64,000 nucleotides of DNA. Source: Somniosus microcephalus (Eukaryota). Of this stretch, positions 11,678-22,646 are shown piece after piece. The position numbers were made by a program, and so were the translations under genes. The first letter of the stretch is position 1. Each line of letters opens with the position of its first letter. The notes under the pieces are model-generated. The model ran no database searches, was not told where the DNA came from, and was given only the letters and a program-made list of their open reading frames with translations. The stretch covers positions 226,858,001-226,922,000 of the forward strand of contig CM126203.1 of NCBI GenBank assembly GCA_052327205.1. Direction: 5' to 3'.

Positions 11678-11959
11678 TTGGCGACGAACAGATTCGAACC
11701 TACCTGCAACTCTGCATCACCTCCCAGGGATTCGCTCCTGGAGAACAGTGGAAGAAGGTCGAGTCCAGAAGCACGGGCGTCGACCACGGGCAACCGCCCA
11801 GTCATCCAGCGGAGATTTGAGCATCGCAGGGGAGGCTGTCGAGAGCCAGGCTTGGCTTTCCAGTCACGGTGGTCCAGCGAAACGGGCTGGCAACAGGTAC
11901 TGCGCAGACCCTTCCCGGACAGCGACGGGCTAGAGCCCGACCGAGCGGCACAGAAAAAG

Positions 11960-12369
11960 GCCGAGCAACGTCGACGGGGGAGAGAGAGAGGGCAGAGCGC
12001 ACAGGGCGCAGCCGGTGTTCAGGACAGAGCGGCGTCAACGGGGGAAAGAGGCGCGCAGGAAAATGCGCAGAGCACAGCCGGTGTTCAAGGGCCGAGCAGC
12101 GTCAACGGGGGAGAGAGGCGTGCAGGAAAATGCGAGGTGCTGCCATTGCCACGAGGACCGCAGAGAGCGGCGTTGGCAGCAGCGCAGGAGCAGCACACGA
12201 AACCCACAGGGCGTCGCCATTTGCCACGAGGACCGCCGAGAGCGGCGTTGGCAGCAGCGCGGGAGACGCCATTTTAAGCCGCAGCGGGGGAGAAAGGAAA
12301 GCGCGGGAGACGCCATTTTAAGCCGCAACGGGGAAGAAAGGAAAGCGCGGGAGATGCCATTTTAAGCCA
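11960..12369 (+). repeat. Direct repeats in the Gypsy-2 5' leader (~66-bp x2, ~75-bp x2, 44-bp x3)
   Basis: CCGGTGTTCA at 12012/12078; GCCACGAGGACCGC at 12148/12223; (C/T)GCCATTTTAAGCC at 12267/12311/12355. Confidence 0.85.
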
Positions 12370-12387
12370 GTCTAACCACACCCAAAA

Positions 12388-15300
12388 ATGCTGAAGAGTG
12401 GCAGTATCACAGCGTTCGACAATGAAGTCGAAGATTGGACGACATATGTCGAACGCATAGAAGTATACTGCAAGGCGAATGAAGTGCCAGATGACAAGAA
12501 AGCGCTGTTATTGTTGAATTCAATGGGTGCCAAAACGTATGGCTTACTATGAAACCTAGTAACCCCAGAGAAGCCAGTAGAAAAGGATTTTGAAAACATA
12601 GTGTCAATCCTACAGGACCACTTAAACCCCACACCGCTGCTGATAGCAGAAAGATTTAAGTTTCACAAAAGGAACCAGCATAAAGATGAAAGTAATGCTG
12701 AGTATTTAACAGAACTGCGCAAGCTATCGAAACACTGCCAGTTTGGAACGGGACTAGCAGATACTTTAAGGGACAAGTTTGTGTGTGGGCTTCAAAGTGA
12801 AGGAACCCAAAAATGGCTTCTATCAGAAAAGGATCTTACGCTGGACAAGGCTTTCAGCATTGCAGTATCACACGAAGCAGCAGCACAGGGCGCTGCAGAG
12901 ATACAACGGAGACCGCAAGAATATGGCACAAATGAAATGTCATACGGAACAGTGAAGTGCTATCGCTGCGGCAGAACAACACACGACCATAATGATTGCT
13001 GGTTCAAGGACAAAGTGTGCAGACAGTGTGGAAAAGTAGGACACATAGCAAGAGTCTGCAGGTCGGGAAAGAAAACCAGCAGCAAGAAATCTCCACAGGA
13101 GAAGTACAAGAAGGTACATAAGGTGACGGAGAGTAGTTCAGACGAACAGAAGAGTGATACAGACTCCGGAAGCAAGGAGCTGGGTTGTCTGAAACTACAT
13201 AATGTGATCAAAACGGAGGATCACCAAACTCACGCTCAAGCGGCTATTCTCACATATACCCTTGAGTGATACAAAGATTGTCTTGAAGACGTACACGGGG
13301 CAAAAATTCTACCCCAAAGGAAAAATAAGGGTGAACGTTATATATAACGGCAAGGAAACACCAAAAATGGACCTATATGTATTGCCAGATGGAGGACCAC
13401 CACTACTAGGACGTGAATGGATCCGGAAGATACAGCTAGATTGGCATTCCATACAGGCACTGACTGTGGCTGACAAAAAGGATGATGACGTCACACCTGG
13501 GCGACTGTCAAAGATCCTAACTGACGCGAAAGAAGTGTTCCAGCAAGGACTTGGAACACTAAAAGGCATGACAGCGATGATTAAAATTGAAGAAAACGCA
13601 AGCCCAAAATTTTTTAAGGCCAGACCGGTACCTTATGCGATCCGCCCAGCCGTCGAAGCAGAGCTGGAGAGTCTGGAACGTTCAGGTGTACTGTCCAAGG
13701 TAGACTGGAGCGAGTGGGCTACACCCATCGTCCCTGTGATGAAAAAGTCATTGAGCAGCACGCCTGGGGAACCAAGGAAGGTTCACATCTGTGGGGACTT
13801 CAAGGTAATAGTGAACCCGGTCCTTCACACCGTACAATATCCACTTCCGCGGATTGAAGATATTTTCGCCTCGCTATCTGGATGGAAAGGCTTCACTAAG
13901 ATTGATCTGGCCCAGGCATATCTGCAAATGGAGGTAGAAGAAGCATCAAAAAAATACCTCACAATCAACACCCATAAAGATCTCTACCAATACAATCGGC
14001 TGGTATTCGGGGTAGCATCAGCTCCGGCTATTTGGCAGAGGGCAATGGAACAAGTCCTGCAAGGGATCCCAGGGACCCAGTGTTATTTGGACGACATCCT
14101 GGTCACGGGCGAAAATGACAGTGATCACCTTGCCAACCTGGAGCAGGTGCTCACTAGATTGCAGGAATATGGGCTCCGAGCTAACCGCCCCAAATGCGAG
14201 TTTTTTGGAAAACAGATCTCGTATTGTGGCCACGTTATCGATAAAGAGGGGTTGCATAAGTCCCCAGAGAAGATTGAGGCAGTAGTCAAGGCTCCAGCAC
14301 TGGAAAATGTGTCACAACTGAGGTCGTTCCTCGGGCTGGAAAACTACTACCATAAGTTCTTGCCAAATTTGTCTACAATACTACACCCACTGAACACCCT
14401 ACTGCAAACTGGGGTGCCATGGAAGTGGAGTGACAAATGTAGATGAGCTTTCCAGAAGAGCAAAACACTAATCACATCGAAAGAGGTATTGGCCCATTAC
14501 AACCCGGCATTACCAATTCGGTTGGCATGTGATGCGTCACCCTACGGCATTGGAGCGGTGCTGTCGCACAAATTCTCGGACGGCTCAGAGAGGCCAATAG
14601 CCTTTGCGTCACGATCACTAACCTCAGCCGAGCGTAACTACGCCCAGATTGACAGGGAGGCCCTCAGCCTAGTGTGGGGAGTGAAAAAGTTCAATCACTA
14701 TCTGCACGGGCAGAAGTTCACCTTGCTGACTGACCACCAACCACTTGTCTCCATCTTTAATCCAAAGAAGGGCGTTCCGGTGATGACTGCGCAACGGCTA
14801 CAAAGATGGTCCCTTTTTCTCGGGGCGCACCAATATGAAATCGAGTATAAGGGCACGAAACAGCATGGAAACGCTGATGGGCTATCACGCCTGTCACTGC
14901 CTACTGCGGAGGAAGAACCAGCAGTGGATCCTGTCGAAATATTTTATTCGACTATAATTGAATGCTTGCCAGTAACTAACGCTGGTACAGAGAAGGAGAC
15001 CCGAAATGACCCGACACTGTCTCGGGTATATGATTTGACGGTGAAGGGATGGCCAGCACATGGCGACTCACTGTTGCCAGCATTCTCATCCAGAAGAGAA
15101 CAGCTGTCAGTATGCGAGGGGACCTTGATTGTGGATCCCGAGTGGTAATTCCACCCAAGTTAAGGGAGAGAGTGCTCAATGAGCTTCACGAAGGTCATCT
15201 GGGAGGGGTAAAAATGAAAAGCCTTGCTAGGGCATATGTGTGGTGGCCGGGGATCGATCAGCAAATCGAGGACCTGACAAAGAGCTGCTCAGGATGCCAG

Positions 15301-15761
15301 AAGGTCCAAAATGCACCACCACAAACCCCTCTACACCCATGGGAGTGGCCCTCATCTCCATGGCAATGAGTGCATATTGATTTTGCTGGTCCATTCATGG
15401 ACTCAATGTTTTTAATAGCCGTGGATGCGCACTCGAAATGGCCTGAGGTGATCAAAATATCCTCCACCACCACGGAGAAAACTATTGCAGTCCTACGGAC
15501 CATTTTTGCCAGGAACGGCTTGCCAGAGCAGATTTGCTCTGATAACGGACCACAGCTTGTGTCCGAAGAGTTTCGAAGATTTATGAAAAGGAATGGGGTA
15601 AGGCATTACACACCCGCCCCGTATTATCCAGCCACAAATGGATTGGCTGAGAGGTTCGTACAAACCTTTAAGAAGGCAATAAAGGCTATGTACAATGACA
15701 ACATTCCGCTGTAGCACACGGTGGACAATTTCCTGTTCGCCTACTGGAATGCGACACATGC
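12388..15761 (+). pseudogene. Gypsy-2 gag-pol (gag, partial protease, RT, RNase H, integrase N-terminal part)
   Basis: gag with CYRC..H..C and CRQCGKVGHIARVC; RT (WATPIV, CGDFK, DLAQAY, YLDD); RNase H (CDASPYG, TDHQPL); integrase HHCC, DFAGP, SDNGPQ, NGLAER; stops at 12550, 14444, 15367 and 15712; protease active site deleted near 13218. Confidence 0.92.
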
Positions 15762-16194
15762 TGTAGTGGCGCTTCTTAGTTTCCAAACAGGCAGCCACTG
15801 AGCTGTGGGGCTGTTAACAACGAGTAGACGCGTGTTGAAATAAAACGTTCCCAAACGTAGCTTTGTCTTTTAAACTGTTTACTATAACACTTCACAAACG
15901 GAATTACAAAGCAAACACGTATAAACGAACACGGTCAAAAACTGTATTGCTCCAAACCTCACAACTTCTGCCTCCTTCAGCCACGTGGAGTTTAAACTGT
16001 AAAATGGCTGCATACCATGTGTGGCTTAGGGACTGTACCATTGTGGCAAGAATGAAGGGGGTGTCTCGGACTATACTACTGGAGCAAGAAAATAGGGGGT
16101 TTCTTAATACAATAAGTCAATCAGGTAAATTAACTGTATTATGCTATTTAACCAATATTTTAAAGTATTTTCTTAAGCTTTTATGGCTCTTACA
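15762..16194 (-). repeat. 3' LTR of BEL element
   Basis: Apparently identical to 22647-23079. Confidence 0.96.
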
Positions 16195-16315
16195 TTCCGG
16201 CCCCTAATTGACTAGGCACATGAAGCGTATCAATTACTCAAACATTAAGAGTCATAAACTAATGAGTTCAACATATTTACAATATAAGTGTCCACTTTTT
16301 TCGTTCAGGAACTTT

Positions 16316-19300
16316 TCACGCTGCTTCTTGTAGCAGGCAGAGCTTTGTGATCGGTCTTTCCAGGGTACTGGTCTTGGTTTGCAAACAAACGCGACCAACG
16401 ACGCCTCTGGAGTCTGGAGTGTTCTTAATTATTTTTCCCATCAACCAAGAATTTCTGGGGGCTGAATCATCCACGATTAAGACAATGTCTCCGGCAATGA
16501 AGTTCCTCTTTATTTTGGACCATTTTTGACGCTCCTGTAGCAGAGGTAAGTATTCTCTTGTCCATCTGGTCCAGAAAAGGTCTGACATATACTGAACTTG
16601 CCTCCACTTCCGACGGGCATACAGATCTTCCTTTTTGAAGACTCCCGGGGGCATGGCTGGCTGTGTTTTCAACAACAACAGGTGGTTCGGAGTCAGGGCT
16701 TCGAGGTCATTGGGATCATCTGATGTCTTAGTTATCGGTCGGTCATTAATGATGGCTTCGACCTCGCACAGAACGGTTTGGAGTCCCTCGTCGTTGAGCG
16801 CTTGCTGCTTCAGTACAGAACTGAGTAGTTTTCTTACGGTGCGTATCTGTCTTTCCCAGACACCTCCATGGTGGGATGCAGCCGGAGGATTGAAGATCCA
16901 CTTAATTCCTGTTTGCATCATGGCTTCCTGTATTTTAAGCCGATTCCAACCTTCAATAGCTTCCCGTAGTTCTCTCTCCGCTCCGACGAAATTAGTGCCA
17001 TTATCAGAACGCATAATGGACACCTGACCTCTTCTACAGACAAAGCGCCGCAAGGCGTTAATACAGGAATCAGTGTCAAGCGTGTGTGCCACCTCAATAT
17101 GAACTGCTCTGATGGTCAAACAAGTGAAAAGCACACCATATCTCTTGACAAGGCTCCGTCCTCGCTTTACCTCGAAAGGCCCGAAATAGTCCACCCCTAC
17201 GTTTGTAAATGGGGGCTTGTCTGGTAACAAACGGTCTTCAGGCAGGTCTGCCATTTTCTGCTCCCCAGCTCTAGCGTGTAACCGTCTGCAAACAATGCAT
17301 TCAGAGAGTATTTTTCTTATTACAGAATTAGCTCCTGGAATCCAGTATCTTTGTCTTAGCTTCGCAAGCACGTGATTCCTCCCACTGTGTCCAATACTCT
17401 GGTGTATATGCTGAAGAATGAGAGTAGCAACCCGGAGGTCCTTAGAAAGGATAGCAGGATGCTTGGCCTCCTCTGGCATAGCAGATTTGTTTAGTCTCCC
17501 TCCCACCCTCAGTACTCCATCTTGCAGTGTAGGGTCCAGCTTGTAGATATGACTACCTTTCTTGATTGGAGTATTTCGCTGTAAAGCTTCGATTTCTTCT
17601 GGGTATCTTTGTCTTTGACTGAAGCAAACTATCTCCATCTCAGCCTTGGCCAAATCCTCCATGGTCAATGAATTCTTACCCAATGTGGTCTTGTGCTGAT
17701 GCATATACTGCTGTAGAAGCATTCTCTGCTTATCGGGGTTACTTTCAGACTGACTGATAGTGGCTCGGTACTCTTTTCTCTTACCGCTCAGGTGTAGCAG
17801 CGACTCTTTCAACCTTAGAAACCATGCAACTGCTTTCCTCAACTGGTGCCATCCTGAGAAATGGTTAACAAGCTTGTTCACTGTGTCAAAGTTCTCTTTC
17901 GTAGTTATGAGATTTACTGTGACTGATCTCTTGACTTCGACGTCGTCTTCAGCAATCTGACTTGGCATATCTGGTCTTTCTGGCCATGATCTCTCTGTTT
18001 CCAGCAGATAACTTGGGCCTTGTATCCAAGTTTCACTCCTCATGAAATTTTCAGCCTTCAATCCCCGTGAGGCTTGATCTGCTGGGTTTAATGAGGTGTT
18101 TACATACCTCCATTGAGATGGTTGTGTAGCTTCTCTAATGGATGAGATTCTGTTTGCTACGAAGGTCTTGAAGCGTATCTTCTCATTCTCTATATACTTC
18201 AGCACCGTCGTGCTATCCGTCCAGAAGACAGATTCTCCTAGTGGGAGTTGTAACTCTTTCCGCATCGCCTGGTCAACTTTAACTGCAACAACCGCTGCCG
18301 TCAACTCCAGTCTCGGGATGGTGACCTGCTTCAGCGGAGCCACCCTGGATTTCCCCATGAGGAAGGCACAATGTTTCTGGCCCTGTTGATTTGTCAGCAA
18401 GAGGTAAGTAGCCGTGCCATAGCCGTCCTCACTGGCGTCCGAGAAATGATGTAGTTGAGCCGTCTTTGTAACTCCAAAACTCACGGGCTTGATGCATCTA
18501 CTGACGTTGAAGCTAGAAAGTTGTTGCAAATCTGTCAACCATCTGTGCCATCTCTGAGCTTGACCTTCTGGGATATCTTCATCCCATCCTCTCTTGTCTC
18601 TACACAGCTCTCGTAGCATCAGCTTCACCAGCAGAATGAGTGGTGCCAGGAATCCAAGAGGGTCGTAGATGGAACTGACCACGGAGAGAATCCCTCGTCT
18701 TGTGGATGGTCTTTCGTTCACCATTATCCTGAAGTTGAACGTGTCTGACTCAATGCACCATTGTACACCAAGAGCTCTCTCGATAGGAAGGACATCGTGG
18801 CTCAGGTCCAGATCTTTGACTTCAGTGGCTCTTTCCTTTTCTGGGATAGAAGCTAGAACTGCTCTGCTGTTGCTTATCCACTTAGTCAGATGGAATCCTC
18901 CATTCGAACACAGAGTTCTAAGGTCTCTTGACAGTGCGATGGCATCGTCTTCTGTTGACACGGACTTCAGACAGTCATCGACATAAAAGTTTCTGAAGAT
19001 TGTCTCCACAGCCTCTGATGGTGCTTTGCCTTTGCCATCTTCTGCAGTTTTTCTGAGAGCGTAGCTTGCACAGCTGGGAGATGATGTGGCTCCGAACAAG
19101 TGTACGGCCATTCTACATTCCACCATCGCTTGACTAACGTCGCCATCTGGCCACCAAAGGAAACGCAGAAGATCAGCATCTTCATCAGGGATTCTGACTT
19201 GGTAGAACATTGATTCTATGTCTGCCATCATGGCAACGAGCTCTTGTCTAAACCTAGTCAAGACGCCAATGAGGGTATTAGTAAGATCAGGACCTTGAAG

Positions 19301-20530
19301 CAGCTGGTCATTCAGTGAAGTTCCTCTGAATGAGGCGGCGCAGTCAAACACTACACGGATCTTTTTCTTCTTTGGGTGATACACACCGTGATGAGGAATG
19401 TACCAGACCCTTCCATCGTCTCTGTTCAACTGTTCCTCGGGCACTTTTACAGCATAGCCTTTCGCTATGATGTTTCTCATGAAGCCTTTGTAGTCTTCGT
19501 GAAAGTCGGGGTTCTTGTTCAGCTTTCTCTTTAGACTGATGGCATGTTGCTCTGCTATGCTGCGATTGTTCGGCATCTTCGTGGTCTGTCTTCTCAGTGG
19601 CAAACCAATGTGATAGTGGCCATCAATGAACTGTGTAGACCTTGTCATCAAATCCATGAACTGATGGTCTTCTTGTGACATCTCTGTCTTTTCCTCACAG
19701 CTGCGTTCTGAAAAGTCTGCGTTGAACTGCTGTATCAACAGCTCTTCAATGCTTGCGATAGAGATGCGATTAACTGTGACATTTTGTCGTTCCTCCTTGT
19801 TCGACTTGTTGCCACCATCTCTCCTTACCGGTCCATTGACTACCCATCCAAGGGCTGTCCTGACGGCGTAGGGTCCGTCATCCTTGCTGTTTATCACCTG
19901 CCATGGCTCCATAGTTTTGTAGGCATTGGTTCCAATTAATAGGCCAATTTCTGCTTCAATGTATGGGAGACGCACCTTTTCTAGGTAAGGCCATCTATCC
20001 ACATCCTTCTGCAGGGCTAAGTTCCCTATTCTAACAGGAATCTCCCTCTGTGTGAAAACATTAGGCAGGTCTATGAAGTCCTTCTCTTCAAGTCCACACA
20101 CTTCTAAGTCTGACAGGATATAACTTTGCATTGACTTCTCATGACCCATGGTGCGTAATAGGATTTCTGTTCTTCTGCCTCTAACGTTCAGCTGTCGCAT
20201 GAGTGATTCTGTGCAGAACGTTGCTGAACTACCTGGATCCATGAAGGCATAAGTCTCCACAAGCTTCTCGCTCCTCTTAGACTTGATCTTTACTGGTACG
20301 ATGGCAAGAATACAATCGCTGTCACCGGCCCCAGTGAGTCCACAAGTCTCTGGTTCTAGCGACACCAGAGCACTTGAAACAACCTTCTCGTCGGTATTGT
20401 TTTCTTCACTCTTCTTAGAGACTTGTTCTTCTTTATGGATATGCAGCAGACTGGGATGTTTCCGAGTGCACTCTCTGCATGTTGTTCTTTGCTTACAGTT
20501 TCTACTCAGGTGCCCGAGAGAGACATCCAA
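16316..20530 (-). CDS. BEL/Pao pol region (end of zinc knuckles, aspartic protease, RT, RNase H, integrase), 1404 uninterrupted codons
   Basis: AFMDPGS protease; WYIPHHGV, RVVFD, GPDL, FGATSSP, FYVDD (RT); FSDAS, TIPRLEL, WTDS, NPAD (RNase H); RVGGRL, H..H..C..C, GVDYFGP, SDNGTNF, GGVWER (integrase); terminal RPITKL. Confidence 0.95.
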   Translation of the reverse strand: MDVSLGHLSRNCKQRTTCRECTRKHPSLLHIHKEEQVSKKSEENNTDEKVVSSALVSLEPETCGLTGAGDSDCILAIVPVKIKSKRSEKLVETYAFMDPGSSATFCTESLMRQLNVRGRRTEILLRTMGHEKSMQSYILSDLEVCGLEEKDFIDLPNVFTQREIPVRIGNLALQKDVDRWPYLEKVRLPYIEAEIGLLIGTNAYKTMEPWQVINSKDDGPYAVRTALGWVVNGPVRRDGGNKSNKEERQNVTVNRISIASIEELLIQQFNADFSERSCEEKTEMSQEDHQFMDLMTRSTQFIDGHYHIGLPLRRQTTKMPNNRSIAEQHAISLKRKLNKNPDFHEDYKGFMRNIIAKGYAVKVPEEQLNRDDGRVWYIPHHGVYHPKKKKIRVVFDCAASFRGTSLNDQLLQGPDLTNTLIGVLTRFRQELVAMMADIESMFYQVRIPDEDADLLRFLWWPDGDVSQAMVECRMAVHLFGATSSPSCASYALRKTAEDGKGKAPSEAVETIFRNFYVDDCLKSVSTEDDAIALSRDLRTLCSNGGFHLTKWISNSRAVLASIPEKERATEVKDLDLSHDVLPIERALGVQWCIESDTFNFRIMVNERPSTRRGILSVVSSIYDPLGFLAPLILLVKLMLRELCRDKRGWDEDIPEGQAQRWHRWLTDLQQLSSFNVSRCIKPVSFGVTKTAQLHHFSDASEDGYGTATYLLLTNQQGQKHCAFLMGKSRVAPLKQVTIPRLELTAAVVAVKVDQAMRKELQLPLGESVFWTDSTTVLKYIENEKIRFKTFVANRISSIREATQPSQWRYVNTSLNPADQASRGLKAENFMRSETWIQGPSYLLETERSWPERPDMPSQIAEDDVEVKRSVTVNLITTKENFDTVNKLVNHFSGWHQLRKAVAWFLRLKESLLHLSGKRKEYRATISQSESNPDKQRMLLQQYMHQHKTTLGKNSLTMEDLAKAEMEIVCFSQRQRYPEEIEALQRNTPIKKGSHIYKLDPTLQDGVLRVGGRLNKSAMPEEAKHPAILSKDLRVATLILQHIHQSIGHSGRNHVLAKLRQRYWIPGANSVIRKILSECIVCRRLHARAGEQKMADLPEDRLLPDKPPFTNVGVDYFGPFEVKRGRSLVKRYGVLFTCLTIRAVHIEVAHTLDTDSCINALRRFVCRRGQVSIMRSDNGTNFVGAERELREAIEGWNRLKIQEAMMQTGIKWIFNPPAASHHGGVWERQIRTVRKLLSSVLKQQALNDEGLQTVLCEVEAIINDRPITKTSDDPNDLEALTPNHLLLLKTQPAMPPGVFKKEDLYARRKWRQVQYMSDLFWTRWTREYLPLLQERQKWSKIKRNFIAGDIVLIVDDSAPRNSWLMGKIIKNTPDSRGVVGRVCLQTKTSTLERPITKLCLLQEAA

Positions 20531-22484
20531 AACACAGGCCGTTGTACTTCAGGAATTCGATTCTGTCCTTATGTGGCTGTGCTTTGATGTCGCTGCAGAA
20601 ATCCAATGTATGATTCTTCTGGCAGAATAAGCATGGCTTCTGAAAGGCATTAGCAGGCGTCACTGTGCTGCTCTTTTTGGGAGATGAGTTCTGGGGCCTT
20701 TCTTCCTCAGCCTGAGTGATGATAGTTGCAAAGCTGCTTCCCCTGGAACCACCTTTCCTGAGAGTCTTTGATTCAACAGGCTTGGCTTTCACTCTTCCAT
20801 CGGTGGTCGGGCTGGCGTCCTGGATGTTTCCAAACAATGGGTCTCTAGCAATTTTAGCCTGTTTGTCTATGAAATTCACTAAGTCTGCAAACCTGGCTCT
20901 ACTTTTCCGTCTCTCCATTATCTCAAAGGCTGTTCTTCTCCATTGTTCTCTCATCCTGTAAGGAAGCTTAGAGATGATGATTCTCATAGTCATAGGATTG
21001 TCCATCTCTTCCATGAATTCAACATCCTCCATGGTGTTGCGACATCCTATGAGGAAAAGAACATATGCGTTCAATGCCTCTCCGTCCTCCGATCTGATCT
21101 GTGGCCACTTGGTAGCCTTTTCAATATATGCAGTGGCTATCTTCAGCTCGTTACCATAGTGCTCCTGCAGCAACTTCCTGGCTTCTATGTATCCCCGGTC
21201 CGGTCTCATGTGTTCACAGCTTCTGACCAGGTCTTGTGGTTTACCACTGGTGTACTGTCCCAGGTAGTACAACTTATCACTGCTGCTCTCTGTTTTGGAG
21301 TCAATGGCTTGTTCAAAGGATCTGATGAAGGGCATATACTTGAGTGGGTCACCTTGGAACACTGGTATGTCTCTTTGAGGGAGTCGAAACAGATTCTGTT
21401 GTTTTACAAGCATCTCTGTAATTTCGTTCTGACGTTGCATCACTCGGTATAGGCTTCTCCCTGTGTCTTCAGGCCTCTGGTGGTCATCAGCAGGGTCTAG
21501 TCTAGACCGTCTGACGTCTGGGGTAGCATCACGTGCTCCTGTTAGTGGAGAGGCCACTCTTCCACGCTGTAATGCCAGGGGATTGCCTTCGGACTCTCTT
21601 GTAACTCTTGAAGGTGCCCTGGATCCAACTCTATGTGACAGCATTGACTGGCAGTATTCGCTCCCGCCGTCCCGTGAGCCTTCATAATCTTCATACGCAC
21701 TCAACCTGACGTCTGAGACCGCAATAGCTGTTTTTATCTCCAGCTGTTCTTTCTTTGCCTGCACCTGGGCCTGTTGGGCCTGCAGTTGGGCCTGCACTTG
21801 GGCCTGCAGTTGGGCCTGTTGGGCCTGCAGTTGGGCCTCTTGGACCTGCAGTTGGGCCTCTTCCCGTTCAAGAGCTTGCTTCTCCGCTAAAGATGCTGCG
21901 CGCGCCATCAACGCCGCCCGTTCAACCTCCTCTCTCATGCGTCGCGACGAGCTTGTGGTAGAAGCGACTGACCTGCGTCCAGAAACAGAGCTACCTTCTT
22001 TTCGATTTTTGCTCGGTCTGGCGGAAGTCTCTGAAATGCTATCGTCTGGTCCGACTTCATCGTCAACTTTATCTTTCTCTGCTGCATCAGCATCTTGACG
22101 AATCTTTAACATCCACTGTTCTGTGGCGGTGATATAGTCCTTAATGCTGGTTGATTTAAGATCAAACCAGTTGTGCTGATCAGCGTTTCCCTCTTCTTCA
22201 GACAGAAGTGCTAATACATCTTCATTGAGTACATTAAATTCTTCATGCAGCTTGGAGAAATCGTAATACATTATGTCTTCAGCTTTCTTAATATTAACAT
22301 TATCTTCCATGAGACGATCAATTATCTTCATTTTTCCAGTTATCTGAGCTAATTTAGCCTTCCTTGCACCTATGCTTCTATGTAACTTCTCTTCCATTGC
22401 CTTTGGGGGGAGCTTTATTTCCCTCTTTTGGCCAGCAATCCTTCTGGCTGGGGGAAGCTCCTGGCTCCGTAAGGCCTCGGCCAT
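20502..22484 (-). CDS. BEL/Pao gag region, out of frame with pol by one frameshift at ~20515
   Basis: Coiled-coil/Q-A-rich N-terminus, capsid-like FQGDPLKY..F..KLYYL region, CLFC..H..C and CFGCL knuckles. Confidence 0.9.
   Translation of the reverse strand: MAEALRSQELPPARRIAGQKREIKLPPKAMEEKLHRSIGARKAKLAQITGKMKIIDRLMEDNVNIKKAEDIMYYDFSKLHEEFNVLNEDVLALLSEEEGNADQHNWFDLKSTSIKDYITATEQWMLKIRQDADAAEKDKVDDEVGPDDSISETSARPSKNRKEGSSVSGRRSVASTTSSSRRMREEVERAALMARAASLAEKQALEREEAQLQVQEAQLQAQQAQLQAQVQAQLQAQQAQVQAKKEQLEIKTAIAVSDVRLSAYEDYEGSRDGGSEYCQSMLSHRVGSRAPSRVTRESEGNPLALQRGRVASPLTGARDATPDVRRSRLDPADDHQRPEDTGRSLYRVMQRQNEITEMLVKQQNLFRLPQRDIPVFQGDPLKYMPFIRSFEQAIDSKTESSSDKLYYLGQYTSGKPQDLVRSCEHMRPDRGYIEARKLLQEHYGNELKIATAYIEKATKWPQIRSEDGEALNAYVLFLIGCRNTMEDVEFMEEMDNPMTMRIIISKLPYRMREQWRRTAFEIMERRKSRARFADLVNFIDKQAKIARDPLFGNIQDASPTTDGRVKAKPVESKTLRKGGSRGSSFATIITQAEEERPQNSSPKKSSTVTPANAFQKPCLFCQKNHTLDFCSDIKAQPHKDRIEFLKYNGLCFGCLSRAPE
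21755..21860 (-). repeat. In-frame 9/12/21-bp tandem repeats encoding a Q/A-rich coiled coil (AQLQAQQ) in BEL gag
   Basis: Repeated TGGGCCTGCAGT / TGGGCCTGT units. Confidence 0.85.
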
Positions 22485-22646
22485 TTTACCCGCAGCTCTT
22501 ATTTAGCTTCTCAATAGAATGAACAAAGCAAGTAACAGTCACTGTACCTTCGCTTTCTTATATTGTCGTCTGGCTCCGTGACCATTCATGTATACGTTCG
22601 GCGACAATGCCGTCCTTTCCTTCTTAGGGAGCAAGTTTTTGACTAA

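Noticed and set aside
11609-12365. Arg/Ala-rich ORFs upstream of Gypsy-2 gag (extra ORF or env?)
   Set aside because: GC-rich repeated leader that is open in several frames; no domain signatures
15863-16207. 114/120-aa ORF present twice (also 22748-23110)
   Set aside because: Antisense ORF within the two BEL LTRs; non-ATG start, no recognisable domain
20502-20530. Programmed gag-pol frameshift in the BEL element
   Set aside because: It falls inside a zinc knuckle at a (CT)n run with no slippery heptamer; BEL elements usually have a single ORF, so a 2-bp deletion is simpler
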